A stretch of DNA of 64,000 bases, taken from positions 6,709-70,708 of the forward strand of contig CAZIMC010000002.1 in assembly GCA_964540475.1 (NCBI GenBank), read 5' to 3'. This document shows, one piece after another, positions 37,352 through 46,001 of this stretch. The notes under the pieces are model-generated. The model saw only the letters and a list, made by a program, of their open reading frames with translations. It made no database searches and had not been told where the DNA came from. The position numbers and the translations under genes are program-made. Origin of the DNA: an uncultured Gammaproteobacteria bacterium (GTDB taxonomy: Bacteria; Patescibacteriota; Microgenomatia; UBA8517). The first letter of the stretch is position 1. Every line of letters begins with the position of its first letter.

Positions 37352-38187
37352 TAAAGTTGTGAAAGCCTTGCCACGATTTTTTTAGCCACACTGACTCCGG
37401 TTATTTCTTCTAAAGTTTTAAAACCAGCGTCTATGTTTATCTCCAATATCCTGGGCTTTCCGCCAATATGGATGATATCAACACCCAGACAGTCAGCTTC
37501 TAGATGTTTTGAGGCAGAAAGAGCAAGAGAGACCTCTTCATTTGTGGGGGTATAGTTTTCTGAAATACCGTCAATGGCAGATTTAAAACTATTAGTTGCA
37601 ATCCTCTTATACGAGGCAACAACGCTTTCTCCTACAACAAAAATTCTTAAATCATACCCAGTATCAATAAATGGTTGTATAAACACATTTGCTAAACGAT
37701 GTTTTTTTAACTCAAGACTTAAATCTTTTTCGGAATTAACTTTCCAAACCTTCTTGGACCTATTTCCTTTGGTTGCTTTTAATATTACAGGAAAATCAAA
37801 AGGGGATTTGAAATTAGATTTTAAGGATTGAAAGCTTGGAACAACAGGAATCCCGGCCTCTTCAAGTACTAAATACTCGATTAGTTTGTTGTAATCAGGT
37901 AATTTAAGAATTAAGTTTTTGTTAAATGTCTTTACCCCAAGCTCATCTGCTTTTCTCACAAGGATTGTTCGTTGATTATAATATCCGTCGCTTATTCTGG
38001 TTAGCAGGTGTGTATATTCCCTGAGTGGTTTTTCCCCAAGCTCGATTTGTAAACCGTTTTCTCCCCAGTGAAAGCAGACCTCTTTCCAGTTATATATGTC
38101 AATTACCTGAAAATTTTCTCTTGCCTCTTGGCAGATTCTCTTGATTGAATATAAGCTTTTTTTATTACCAATAATAGCCAACTTCAT
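37351..38187 (-). CDS. RimK-family ATP-grasp ligase (paralog 3)
   Basis: DLRIFVVGESVVASYKR and GVDIIHIGGKPRILEINIDAGF ATP-grasp motifs. Confidence 0.75.
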   Translation of the reverse strand: MKLAIIGNKKSLYSIKRICQEARENFQVIDIYNWKEVCFHWGENGLQIELGEKPLREYTHLLTRISDGYYNQRTILVRKADELGVKTFNKNLILKLPDYNKLIEYLVLEEAGIPVVPSFQSLKSNFKSPFDFPVILKATKGNRSKKVWKVNSEKDLSLELKKHRLANVFIQPFIDTGYDLRIFVVGESVVASYKRIATNSFKSAIDGISENYTPTNEEVSLALSASKHLEADCLGVDIIHIGGKPRILEINIDAGFKTLEEITGVSVAKKIVARLSQL

Positions 38188-38242
38188 GATGAGTTGTTAA
38201 ATTATATCAAAGAAGCTATTCATTTGGTAAAATAGGTAAGAT

Positions 38243-39133
38243 ATGAAGTTATTGGTATTAAACCGGAGTAGGAACGATTACGCAAAAGGGAGGTTTTTAA
38301 GTGAAGCGAGAAATTTAGGAATTGAGGCAAATGTTATAAACTATTCGCATCTTCATATTTTTCTAAAGGAAGGCCGGTTAAGCGTCACTGCGATGGATGG
38401 ACAGAACTTAGAAGACTTTGACTTGATGGTTGTAAGAAGCCCGGGTTTGACCAACCGTTATACTTGGCAGGAAAGAGTAATTATCGAGTGGATGCATGGT
38501 TACGGGAAAAGAGTTCTTAACTATGATTCTTTAACAACTTACCCGGGAGAATTTGATAAGCTTTTGCAAACGCATATATTCCTAAAAAACGGTATTCCTT
38601 TTGTTGAAACCCACAGTTTGGGCACTTCCACCTTTTTGGAACAGAATGTACTTACATATCCATTTATTTTAAAACGAACAATGGGAAGTTTGGGTCGCGA
38701 CTTTATAGTGGTTAGAAGCAAAGTCCAGTTAGATGAGTTTTTAAGAGATAAGAGTTTGTTCGAGTTTATTGCGCAGCCATTTTTGCCTACAGGCGCGGAC
38801 TTTCGGGTTATTGTTCTGGGGGGGCAAGTTCTGGGAGCAATGAAACGAAGTACCGATTCTCCCGACAAGCCAACAAATGCCGCGGCAGGCGGACGAGTTG
38901 AAAAGGCAGAATTAACTCCCAAGCTTGAAGAACTCGCCCTAAGAGCGGCAAAAAGCCTGAGTTGTGAATTTTGCGGGGTTGATATTATGCATGACCTGGA
39001 AGGAACTGCATACGTATTGGAGGTTAACAGATATTCTGTCTTTAAAGAGTTTGAAAAAGTTACCGGAGTTAATGTTGCAGGGAAAATCATTGAGTATTTA
39101 ATTGCAACTGTTAAAAATGACGGAAAATCCTAA
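38243..39133 (+). CDS. RimK-family ATP-grasp ligase (paralog 4)
   Basis: DFRVIVLGGQVLGAMKR and CGVDIMHDLEGTAYVLEVNRYS ATP-grasp motifs. Confidence 0.75.
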   Translation: MKLLVLNRSRNDYAKGRFLSEARNLGIEANVINYSHLHIFLKEGRLSVTAMDGQNLEDFDLMVVRSPGLTNRYTWQERVIIEWMHGYGKRVLNYDSLTTYPGEFDKLLQTHIFLKNGIPFVETHSLGTSTFLEQNVLTYPFILKRTMGSLGRDFIVVRSKVQLDEFLRDKSLFEFIAQPFLPTGADFRVIVLGGQVLGAMKRSTDSPDKPTNAAAGGRVEKAELTPKLEELALRAAKSLSCEFCGVDIMHDLEGTAYVLEVNRYSVFKEFEKVTGVNVAGKIIEYLIATVKNDGKS

Positions 39134-39860
39134 ATCACCGGAAGTTTTGTCGCGGGGGAAAGTTTTAATAATAAATGCTTCACCCGGCAGAAACGCCCAT
39201 TTTGAAATAGCCGAAAGACTTTTTGATATCAAATCCGATACATTTGATAGTTTCGGAAACGCTGTAGTAAATCAGATAAAATCTCCGCCAAAAGAGGCTG
39301 GAATAACAAATACTCAAAGGTCAAATCAATCAGAGCTTGCTTTACCAGATTCCGTCGATGACTTTAAAGCCATAATTGTTAGCGGGAGTCCATATTCAGC
39401 CTATCCTTATGAAAGGAAAGAAGGGGGATATAAGCTTGCTTGGTGGAAACACGATCTTTTGCAGTTTGTATCACAGGCTGTTCGTTCTGGTAAACCCTAT
39501 TTTGGCATATGTTTTGGTGCGCAGATTCTAGCCGAAGCAACCGGTGGAAGGGTAGTTGAAATGCGCTCCGTAATGGGTAAAAAGCTAATCGAAAAGGGCT
39601 ATAGCATGGTCAACAAGTCTGCGGGTGCATTTAGTGATTCTGTGATGCGCGAATTGCCTGATAACTTTGTTGTAGACCAGAATCACTGGTCAGTTGTTGC
39701 AAACCTTCCCCCTGGTGGTGTTTTACTTGCTGAGAATAAATATGGAGTACAGGCCTTCAAAGTGGGGAATGCATATGGGGTGGAATTTCACCCAGAAAGG
39801 GGTACGCCCGTTACAGACTCACTGTTTAGGAATTTTCTCCAACTGGCTTGGAAAGAGTAG
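39102..39860 (+). CDS. Class-I glutamine amidotransferase-like / peptidase C26 (gamma-glutamyl hydrolase-like)
   Basis: Nucleophile Cys in YFGICFGAQILAEA, His in VEFHPE. 252 aa. Confidence 0.7.
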   Translation: MQLLKMTENPKSPEVLSRGKVLIINASPGRNAHFEIAERLFDIKSDTFDSFGNAVVNQIKSPPKEAGITNTQRSNQSELALPDSVDDFKAIIVSGSPYSAYPYERKEGGYKLAWWKHDLLQFVSQAVRSGKPYFGICFGAQILAEATGGRVVEMRSVMGKKLIEKGYSMVNKSAGAFSDSVMRELPDNFVVDQNHWSVVANLPPGGVLLAENKYGVQAFKVGNAYGVEFHPERGTPVTDSLFRNFLQLAWKE

Positions 39861-39874
39861 TGCTTTAAACCAAA

Positions 39875-39905
39875 AATCCGAACCTTGAGGTTCGGATTGC
39901 TTTGG
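39875..39905. terminator. Bidirectional hairpin terminator between convergent genes
   Basis: aatccgaacc-ttga-ggttcggatt followed by gcttt. Confidence 0.65.
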
Positions 39906-39966
39906 GCACTTAAATGAGTTTTATCCTCACTTAAGTTCAACTGTGGTTTACTGCGTAGATTGAGGT

Positions 39967-40431
39967 TTACTTCAACTCTACCGTAGCACCCGCAGCTTTG
40001 AGTTTCTCTTCAGCAGCTTTTGCATCTTCAGCTTTTGCATCTTTCAAAACCTCTGCAGGAACTGCTTCGGTCATTCCCTTGGCATCCATAAGAGTTAAGT
40101 TTTGATTAATCTCACGAAGTGCTTTGATAACAGCAATTTTGTTAGCTCCTGCATTGGTCATAACAACTGTTTGGTTTGCGCCTCCAGCTGTTTCAGCTGC
40201 AGGTGTGTCACCATTTGCTGCAGGTGCTGCAACGGTAGGAGCGGCTACTGGCATCGCAGAAACTCCAAGTTTGTCTTGGAGCGCATTAACCAATTCTGAA
40301 AGCTCCAAAACTGAAAGTTCTGAAATTGAGTCTACTAATTTAGAAACATTTGAAGAAAGCTTTTTCTCCTCTTTTGATTCTTCCTTAGCTACTTCTTTTA
40401 CTTCTTCTTGATTTGTTGGTTCATCAGCCAT
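39967..40431 (-). CDS. rplL: Ribosomal protein bL12 (L7/L12) with an E/K-rich N-terminal extension of about 25 aa
   Basis: ANKIAVIKALREI...AEEKLKAAGATVELK C-terminal domain. Confidence 0.9.
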   Translation of the reverse strand: MADEPTNQEEVKEVAKEESKEEKKLSSNVSKLVDSISELSVLELSELVNALQDKLGVSAMPVAAPTVAAPAANGDTPAAETAGGANQTVVMTNAGANKIAVIKALREINQNLTLMDAKGMTEAVPAEVLKDAKAEDAKAAEEKLKAAGATVELK

Positions 40432-40436
40432 TATTT

Positions 40437-40961
40437 TTATTCACCGCCTCTCGACTTCTGATCTAAAATATAAACTAATTTCTGCAAATTTCCATTAAGC
40501 GTTCCCACTAGACCATAAGTGGGGGACATTAAGGCCCCTAAGACTTGGCCAAGTAGAGCATCCCGTCCTGGTAACGTTGAAAGTTTGGTTAGCCCTGCTT
40601 CGTCCTGGAACATTCCTTCGACAATGCCAATTTTAAATTTGGGAATTTCGTTTTCCTTGGCAAATTTACCTAATACTTGAATTGGAGCAATTGGGTCTTC
40701 ATCTGCCAAAATTAAAGCGGTCTGGCCGGAAAGAACTGTATCTGCAAAATTAGTTGTATCCAATTTTGCTTCCTTTGCTGCAAGTTTTAGCAGTGTGTTT
40801 TTAACCACCAGCATACGCCCATTGGCTTCTTTAAGCTTTTTTTTAAGATCCTGTTGAGATTTAACTGAAAGCCCTGCGTAGTTAACCAATACGAGAGCTT
40901 TAGAACCTTTTAATTCCTCTCTTAAATTTTCCACAAAAGCTTGTTTGTCTGTTTTGTTCAT
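40437..40961 (-). CDS. rplJ: Ribosomal protein uL10
   Basis: Position upstream of rplL and a typical L10 N-terminus (MNKTDKQAFVENLREELKGSKALVLVNYAGLSV). Confidence 0.9.
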   Translation of the reverse strand: MNKTDKQAFVENLREELKGSKALVLVNYAGLSVKSQQDLKKKLKEANGRMLVVKNTLLKLAAKEAKLDTTNFADTVLSGQTALILADEDPIAPIQVLGKFAKENEIPKFKIGIVEGMFQDEAGLTKLSTLPGRDALLGQVLGALMSPTYGLVGTLNGNLQKLVYILDQKSRGGE

Positions 40962-41158
40962 TTTTACATTAAAAAAGGCACCATCGAGGTGCCAAAATCT
41001 AGTGCCTAGTTTCTACCGGTGAAACCGGCCAAGCTTAGCTTATTGCCTAGTGCCTAGTTTTTTACCCTCGGTACGACTTATGAATGCGTACTGTCTTCGG
41101 ACAACTGTTAATATATCAAAACTCTAATATAAACGCAAATACGCCAAATACCCTAAAC
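40962..41158 (-). promoter_or_regulatory. rplJ 5' leader region (expected L10(L12)4 autoregulatory leader). It contains a hairpin and one copy of the GGCCAAGCTTAGCTTA motif.
   Basis: ggcaccatcgaggtgcc hairpin. Motif at 41026-41041. Confidence 0.4.
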
Positions 41159-41959
41159 TTATTTGACCTCTACCTTAACAGACGGACCCATTGAGGCCTT
41201 GGTGTAAACGCTAATAATCTGCTTATTGCCCCCCAAAGCCTTGAAAATGCTTTCTGCATTTTCCACCAACTTTCCGGTCTCCTGGCTTACTTTACCAATT
41301 GCAGTGTGAATTAGGGGAGCTGACTTTTCGGTTTTCAGAGTTACCGAATTAGCAGAATAATTTTTAGCTTTAGAGGGGTCAGAAATAAGAGTTTCATTTT
41401 TTGGATTTGGCATCATACCCCTGGGGCCTAGGATTCTTGCAAATGGGACTAATTTTGGCATCATGTCAGGGGTTGCCAAAAGTACGTCAAAGTCAACTTT
41501 TCCTTCGCTTAATTTTTTAATTGTTTCATCGGTCGCAACCTCAACTCTTTTTTCTTTTCCTGTTGAGTTGGGGAGAGTGACGTTTGCGCTCGTACCAACC
41601 CTCTTAACCATTATATGAAGCTCAACTGAGCCGTCAAAACTTGAATATGATGTTTCCTGAGCCAGTTTTATTGCCTCAGGGAGATTATATGCCTTGCCTT
41701 GCGCGACTTTGGCCTTTGCTTCATCGTATTTCTTTGAGCGGGTTCTTGGCTTCGTAGCTTCTTTGGTTTTCTTGGTATCTTTATCACCCAGTTTCTCAGT
41801 ATCTTCTGGTAGTTGTTCAGCTTCTACAATCTTAACCCTCCTTTGTCCGCCTTTCAATCCTGCCACGCGAACCCTTCGGCTTTGCTCAGGGCCTTTAGCC
41901 TTATCCTTATTTTTATCTTGCGTTTCTTCGCCAATGAATGCGGTTTTAGTTTTTCCCAT
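41159..41959 (-). CDS. rplA: Ribosomal protein uL1 with a K-rich N-terminal extension. Start set at MGKTKTAF, 2 nt after the rplK stop.
   Basis: L1 core (ATPDMMPKLVPFARILGPRGMMPNPK). The ORF-track start at 42004 would overlap rplK by 44 nt. Confidence 0.85.
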   Translation of the reverse strand: MGKTKTAFIGEETQDKNKDKAKGPEQSRRVRVAGLKGGQRRVKIVEAEQLPEDTEKLGDKDTKKTKEATKPRTRSKKYDEAKAKVAQGKAYNLPEAIKLAQETSYSSFDGSVELHIMVKRVGTSANVTLPNSTGKEKRVEVATDETIKKLSEGKVDFDVLLATPDMMPKLVPFARILGPRGMMPNPKNETLISDPSKAKNYSANSVTLKTEKSAPLIHTAIGKVSQETGKLVENAESIFKALGGNKQIISVYTKASMGPSVKVEVK

Positions 41960-41960
41960 T

Positions 41961-42386
41961 TTATTCTGTCTTGACCCCCATGCTTCTTGCCACACCTTCA
42001 ACAACCCGTTTGGCAGATTCTAAATTGTCTGTATTAAGATCGTCAATTTTGTCCTTAGCGATGGCTTCAACCTGATCTCTGGTAAGTGTTCCAACAATTT
42101 CTTTGGGAGTTGAACCTGAACCCTTCTCAAGACCCAGTGTTTTCTTAATCATGTCCGCAATTGGTGCTTTTTTGATCTCAAAATCAAATGTCCTGTCTTC
42201 ATAGATTGTGATAACAGCAGGTACGACTTGCCCGCGCATATCGGCGGTTTTGTCGTTATACGCCTTAACAAAATCCATAATTGCAACACCGTGCTGCCCC
42301 AATGCCGTTCCTACCGGAGGAGCGGGAGTTGCTTCTCCTGCTTTAAGATTAATTTTTACGACTGTTTTTATTTTTTTAGCGGCCAT
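41961..42386 (-). CDS. rplK: Ribosomal protein uL11
   Basis: MAAKKIKTVVKINLKAGEATPAPPVGTALGQHGVAIMDF. Confidence 0.95.
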   Translation of the reverse strand: MAAKKIKTVVKINLKAGEATPAPPVGTALGQHGVAIMDFVKAYNDKTADMRGQVVPAVITIYEDRTFDFEIKKAPIADMIKKTLGLEKGSGSTPKEIVGTLTRDQVEAIAKDKIDDLNTDNLESAKRVVEGVARSMGVKTE

Positions 42387-42819
42387 ATATTAAAGAATTA
42401 TAAATTACATATGCTAAATTAAGAGCAAGAAGAAATGATAGAAGAAATTCTAAAGATTTCGACTTGCGTCTCCCTCGCAATTTACGAGGTATAGAAATTA
42501 TAACACCTGACTGACAAAAAGTGAATAGTTGACACGGTGATTTCTACAAACTAACATAACTGTATGGGTATCGAGGGTGACAGCGGTTCGACAGACGATA
42601 AATCACCGCGTGCAAATTGGGAGACGCCACCTAGGCACGTCAGAGATATTTCGCAAGTTCCAGTTGGGAAATTGGAGGATGCTTATAATCGCAGGGGTAC
42701 TCAAGTAAATTTTGGTGCTCCCCAGAAGGACGGCAGTATTCCTGCAGATGTAAATAGGGTGAGTGTTGAGGGAATGCCCACCAAACGTTGGTGGCAGTTT
42801 TGGAAAAAGTAACCGCTCA

Positions 42820-43020
42820 CTATTCTTCCGCACCTTCTGGGTATCTAGCGGCAATTACTCCGTCCATGAATGCGTTTACAACTTCTGGAGGAGTCCGTGG
42901 GTCTTGAAGCAGTCTCTTCATGTTATCGCTTACCTGATTTAGCGAACCAGCTATTCGGCCGGCGATTGTCGCTCCCGCAATTATGTGGTCTGATTTTCCT
43001 GGGTTATCTTCTATTGACAT
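42820..43020 (-). CDS. Small ORF (66 aa) translationally coupled to the nusG stop (TAATG), inserted between nusG and rplK
   Basis: The ATG overlaps the nusG TAA by 1 nt. No recognisable domain. Confidence 0.45.
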   Translation of the reverse strand: MSIEDNPGKSDHIIAGATIAGRIAGSLNQVSDNMKRLLQDPRTPPEVVNAFMDGVIAARYPEGAEE

Positions 43021-43625
43021 TAAACCTTCTGAATTTGCAAAAAGTCTAGTTCTACCGGAGTCTCTCTTCCGAAGATGCTAACTAAAACCTTAACTTTTCC
43101 TTTTTCCTCATCAATTTCATGAATTGTTCCAAGAAAGTCTGCAAAAGGACCATCTGTGATTTTGATTGCCTCTCCAGTTGAAAACTTAGTTTTAAATCTT
43201 GGTGCCGGTGCTGAAATAAACTTTTGAATATTTAAAACCTCAGCTTCTGAAAGGGGGGTTGGTTTATTGCCAACGCCAACGAAACCGGTTACTCCCGGAG
43301 TAGTGCGCACAGCTAGCCATGCCTCATCGTCAAGGATCATCTTAACTAAAAGGTATCCGGGGAAAATTTTATCTTTAACTGTAGCTTTTTTACCGCCCCG
43401 AATGACAACTTTGTCTTGAGTGGGGACAAGAAGCTCAAAAACTTTGGCTTTGTAACCCATTGTCTCAACTCTTTGCCTTAATGTTTCAGAAACGCGGGCC
43501 TCGTGACCGGAAGCTGTATGCACAACATACCATTTTGCATTTGGGTCTTCAGTTTTACCTATAACGATGTGGCCCGGAATTTTCTTTTTTCCGGTTCCGC
43601 GTTCATTTACTGATTCAGGGTTCAT
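43020..43625 (-). CDS. nusG: Transcription antitermination factor NusG
   Basis: NGN and KOW domains (WYVVHTASGHEARV...GEAIKITDGPFADFLGTI). Confidence 0.9.
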   Translation of the reverse strand: MNPESVNERGTGKKKIPGHIVIGKTEDPNAKWYVVHTASGHEARVSETLRQRVETMGYKAKVFELLVPTQDKVVIRGGKKATVKDKIFPGYLLVKMILDDEAWLAVRTTPGVTGFVGVGNKPTPLSEAEVLNIQKFISAPAPRFKTKFSTGEAIKITDGPFADFLGTIHEIDEEKGKVKVLVSIFGRETPVELDFLQIQKV

Positions 43626-43807
43626 ATTGATAATATAGTTTCTAAAAGCTTTGTAAGTGTAAAATCTACAGCTCCGATATAACTACCAACTATTGCTGCG
43701 ATTAATACAACCACGAAAGTAAGCCTAACGACTTCCTCTCTCTTGGGCCAAGTTACTTTGGAAAGTTCTAACCTAACCTCAGAGAAGAATGAGATTACTT
43801 TGTTCAC
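43622..43807 (-). CDS. secE: Preprotein translocase subunit SecE
   Basis: 61 aa, FFSEVRLELSKVTWPKREEV followed by a single TM. 4-bp overlap with nusG. Confidence 0.85.
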   Translation of the reverse strand: MNKVISFFSEVRLELSKVTWPKREEVVRLTFVVVLIAAIVGSYIGAVDFTLTKLLETILSI

Positions 43808-43832
43808 AGAATGAAATTATATCAGATATTTT

Positions 43833-44263
43833 TTGGGATTGCGAATGTGGTGTAAATCGAGTGATATAATTTCTATTATGCCCAAAGAAAGGCTATTTAA
43901 TAAAAGATTTGGTTTTGAAAGGAGGGCGACATACCTTCCTCCCGAAGGTACTTTTGAATCCGCATTAATGGTGGTGAAAGAAGTTTTTCCTGATCAAACC
44001 CTGGTGTGTCGGACACTTCATTTTGGTCAGAGTTTGAAAACAAAGCCACAATGGATCCCAGGGCTGCTTGCCTTCAATATTTTCTGGCAGGTAAGGGTCA
44101 TAGGAAATTAGCGTCTGAACTTTTAAATCACTTTGCAATGTTTAGAGAGGGAGTTCAAACTGGAAAGATTAGTAGATCAGAGAAGGATGAAATGACAGGC
44201 AGGCTTTCTAATAGACTATATCGTTATTATCCTGTTAGGTATAAGGAAAAAATAAAAAGATGA
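43833..44263 (+). pseudogene. Two overlapping ORFs in different frames (43833..44111 and 44006..44263) upstream of rnhB. Possibly one gene disrupted by a frameshift, or two small genes.
   Basis: The frames overlap for about 100 nt. No domain recognised. Confidence 0.3.
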
Positions 44264-44946
44264 ATTCTCCAACTTTTTCTTTCGAACAAGGACTTTGGGA
44301 AAAAGGCTTCAAGCATATTTGTGGGGTAGATGAAGTGGGAAGGGGAAGCTTTGCCGGTCCGGTGTTTGCGGGGGCGGTTGTTTTTGCTCCCTTTAGTAGT
44401 TTTCAGTTTCCAATCTTCAATAAATTTTCAAAAAGGATATTAATCAATGATTCAAAAAGATTAACTGCAAAGCAAAGGGAAGCTGCAGCCAGCTGGATCA
44501 AGGAAAATGCGATTGGCTGGGGAGTGGGGAGTGCAAGCGTTGGGCAAATAAATCGGTTGGGCATCAAGAAAGCCACGGAAGTTGCATACCGGCGAGCTAT
44601 TAGAGGTGTTGATGTTTTAGTCTCAAATATCGAATATCTGCTAATCGATGCTTTTTATATCCCCAATGTGCGCGGACTAGGTAGGGGTAAACAGCTTCCG
44701 ATTGTTAAGGGAGACAACTTAAGTTTTACAATCGCCGCAGCATCAATCATTGCCAAAGTGGCAAGAGACGAGTATATGTCTGAACTTGGGAAACAAGCAG
44801 AATACCGGAATTATTATTGGGGCAAAAATAAAGGTTATGGAACAAGGGATCACCGAACCGCCATAAACTGTAATGGGGCCACGGTGCATCATAGAACCCA
44901 ATTTATAAATAATTATTTACCAGATTCCAAAAGTCGAAGAAATTAA
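44260..44946 (+). CDS. rnhB: Ribonuclease HII
   Basis: ICGVDEVGRGSFAGPVFAGAVVF and INDSKRLTAKQRE motifs. Confidence 0.9.
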   Translation: MNSPTFSFEQGLWEKGFKHICGVDEVGRGSFAGPVFAGAVVFAPFSSFQFPIFNKFSKRILINDSKRLTAKQREAAASWIKENAIGWGVGSASVGQINRLGIKKATEVAYRRAIRGVDVLVSNIEYLLIDAFYIPNVRGLGRGKQLPIVKGDNLSFTIAAASIIAKVARDEYMSELGKQAEYRNYYWGKNKGYGTRDHRTAINCNGATVHHRTQFINNYLPDSKSRRN

Positions 44947-44949
44947 ATA

Positions 44950-45144
44950 TTAATAGCTTCTTTTCTTTTCCATCTCCCTGAGGTATTGAATTCTGTATTT
45001 TTTCTCTTTCCTTTTCTCCGCAGGCTTTTTATAGCGTTCGCGGTCTTTAAGCTCCAGCAGAATCCCCTCGTTTAAGACCTTTTTCTTGAAACGAGCTATC
45101 AACTTGTCGTCTGACTCTCCCTTTTTCTTTTTGACAAAAAACAT
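44950..45144 (-). CDS. rpsU: Ribosomal protein bS21
   Basis: 64 aa, basic. LIARFKKKVLNEGILLELKDRERYKKPAEKRKEKK matches the S21 pattern. Confidence 0.75.
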   Translation of the reverse strand: MFFVKKKKGESDDKLIARFKKKVLNEGILLELKDRERYKKPAEKRKEKKYRIQYLREMEKKRSY

Positions 45145-45255
45145 AATTTGTCATCGCCTCCTTCCAGATTGTATATGTAGTGAGTTTATTAAAATAAACC
45201 ATTTAAAATCACCAGACCTATATTTTATCAGGTTACTGCAATATATTAAAGTGGA

Positions 45256-45501
45256 TCAGCTAGTATTAGGTTGCTTATTTCTAAACGAGAAGCCTGTTGT
45301 CTTATTAAGCTTATTTGCCTCACGTTTTGCCCGTTCTTGCTCTAGCTGTTTGTCTAATTTTTTCTGACAAAGCGGGTCTTCACACCTCATCTCCCTGCTT
45401 GTAACCAAACTGTTCCCGATAAGTTCCTCCGTTTCCGATACAACAATACGTTGTTTACCGCAAAGAGAGCAGGTATTGGAAACACTGTCTGGTTTTACCA
45501 T
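45256..45501 (-). CDS. Small zinc-ribbon protein (CxxC...CxxxxC)
   Basis: CSLCGK and CEDPLC pairs. Confidence 0.5.
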   Translation of the reverse strand: MVKPDSVSNTCSLCGKQRIVVSETEELIGNSLVTSREMRCEDPLCQKKLDKQLEQERAKREANKLNKTTGFSFRNKQPNTS

Positions 45502-45860
45502 CGCTTAGACCTCCCGCCTCGGCTAAAACCACCTCTTCGGTTGTCATCTCGTCTTCCGCCACCTCCGTGACCACCTCGACCTCCTCCATGAAAGTCGTTT
45601 CTGGGCCTTTCTTCTAATGGTCTTGCTTCGTTAACGATGATTTTTCTTCCGTCAACTTCGGTGTCGTTAAGTTCGTCAATCGCTTTTTGAGCTTCTTCTT
45701 CGGTTGACATTTCAACAAACCCAAAGCCCTTGCTGCGTCCGGAAAATTTGTCAATTATTACATTAGCAGAAACTACTGTACCAACTTTAGCGAAGATTTC
45801 GTTTAATTGCTGATCATTTACTGCCCAGGGAAGTCCGCCTACAAATAATCTTTTATTCAA
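45495..45860 (-). CDS. RRM-type RNA-binding protein with Gly/Arg-rich tail
   Basis: RNP2 LFVGGL and RNP1 KGFGFVEM. C-terminal GGGRGGHGGGGRR. Confidence 0.85.
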   Translation of the reverse strand: MNKRLFVGGLPWAVNDQQLNEIFAKVGTVVSANVIIDKFSGRSKGFGFVEMSTEEEAQKAIDELNDTEVDGRKIIVNEARPLEERPRNDFHGGGRGGHGGGGRRDDNRRGGFSRGGRSKRW

Positions 45861-46001
45861 TTTAAATCACCACCATTCATATCTCTTGCTAACCAGTTAG
45901 TGGTAATAATAAAGTCTTTTGAGAAGTTTTATTAATTAACCGATACCGTTTATGCAAACACGCTTATTGCGTAATTTATTTTACCACAATATGGCTTAAA
46001 A

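Noticed and set aside
42564-42854. Plus-strand ORF 42564..42812 and minus-strand ORF 42603..42854; also a tmRNA hypothesis for this region (GGUUCGAC near a GGG start)
   Set aside because: The peptides are compositionally odd and mutually antisense. For tmRNA I could find no matching 3' acceptor strand, T-arm plus CCA, or tag reading frame. I kept it only as an unexplained non-coding region.
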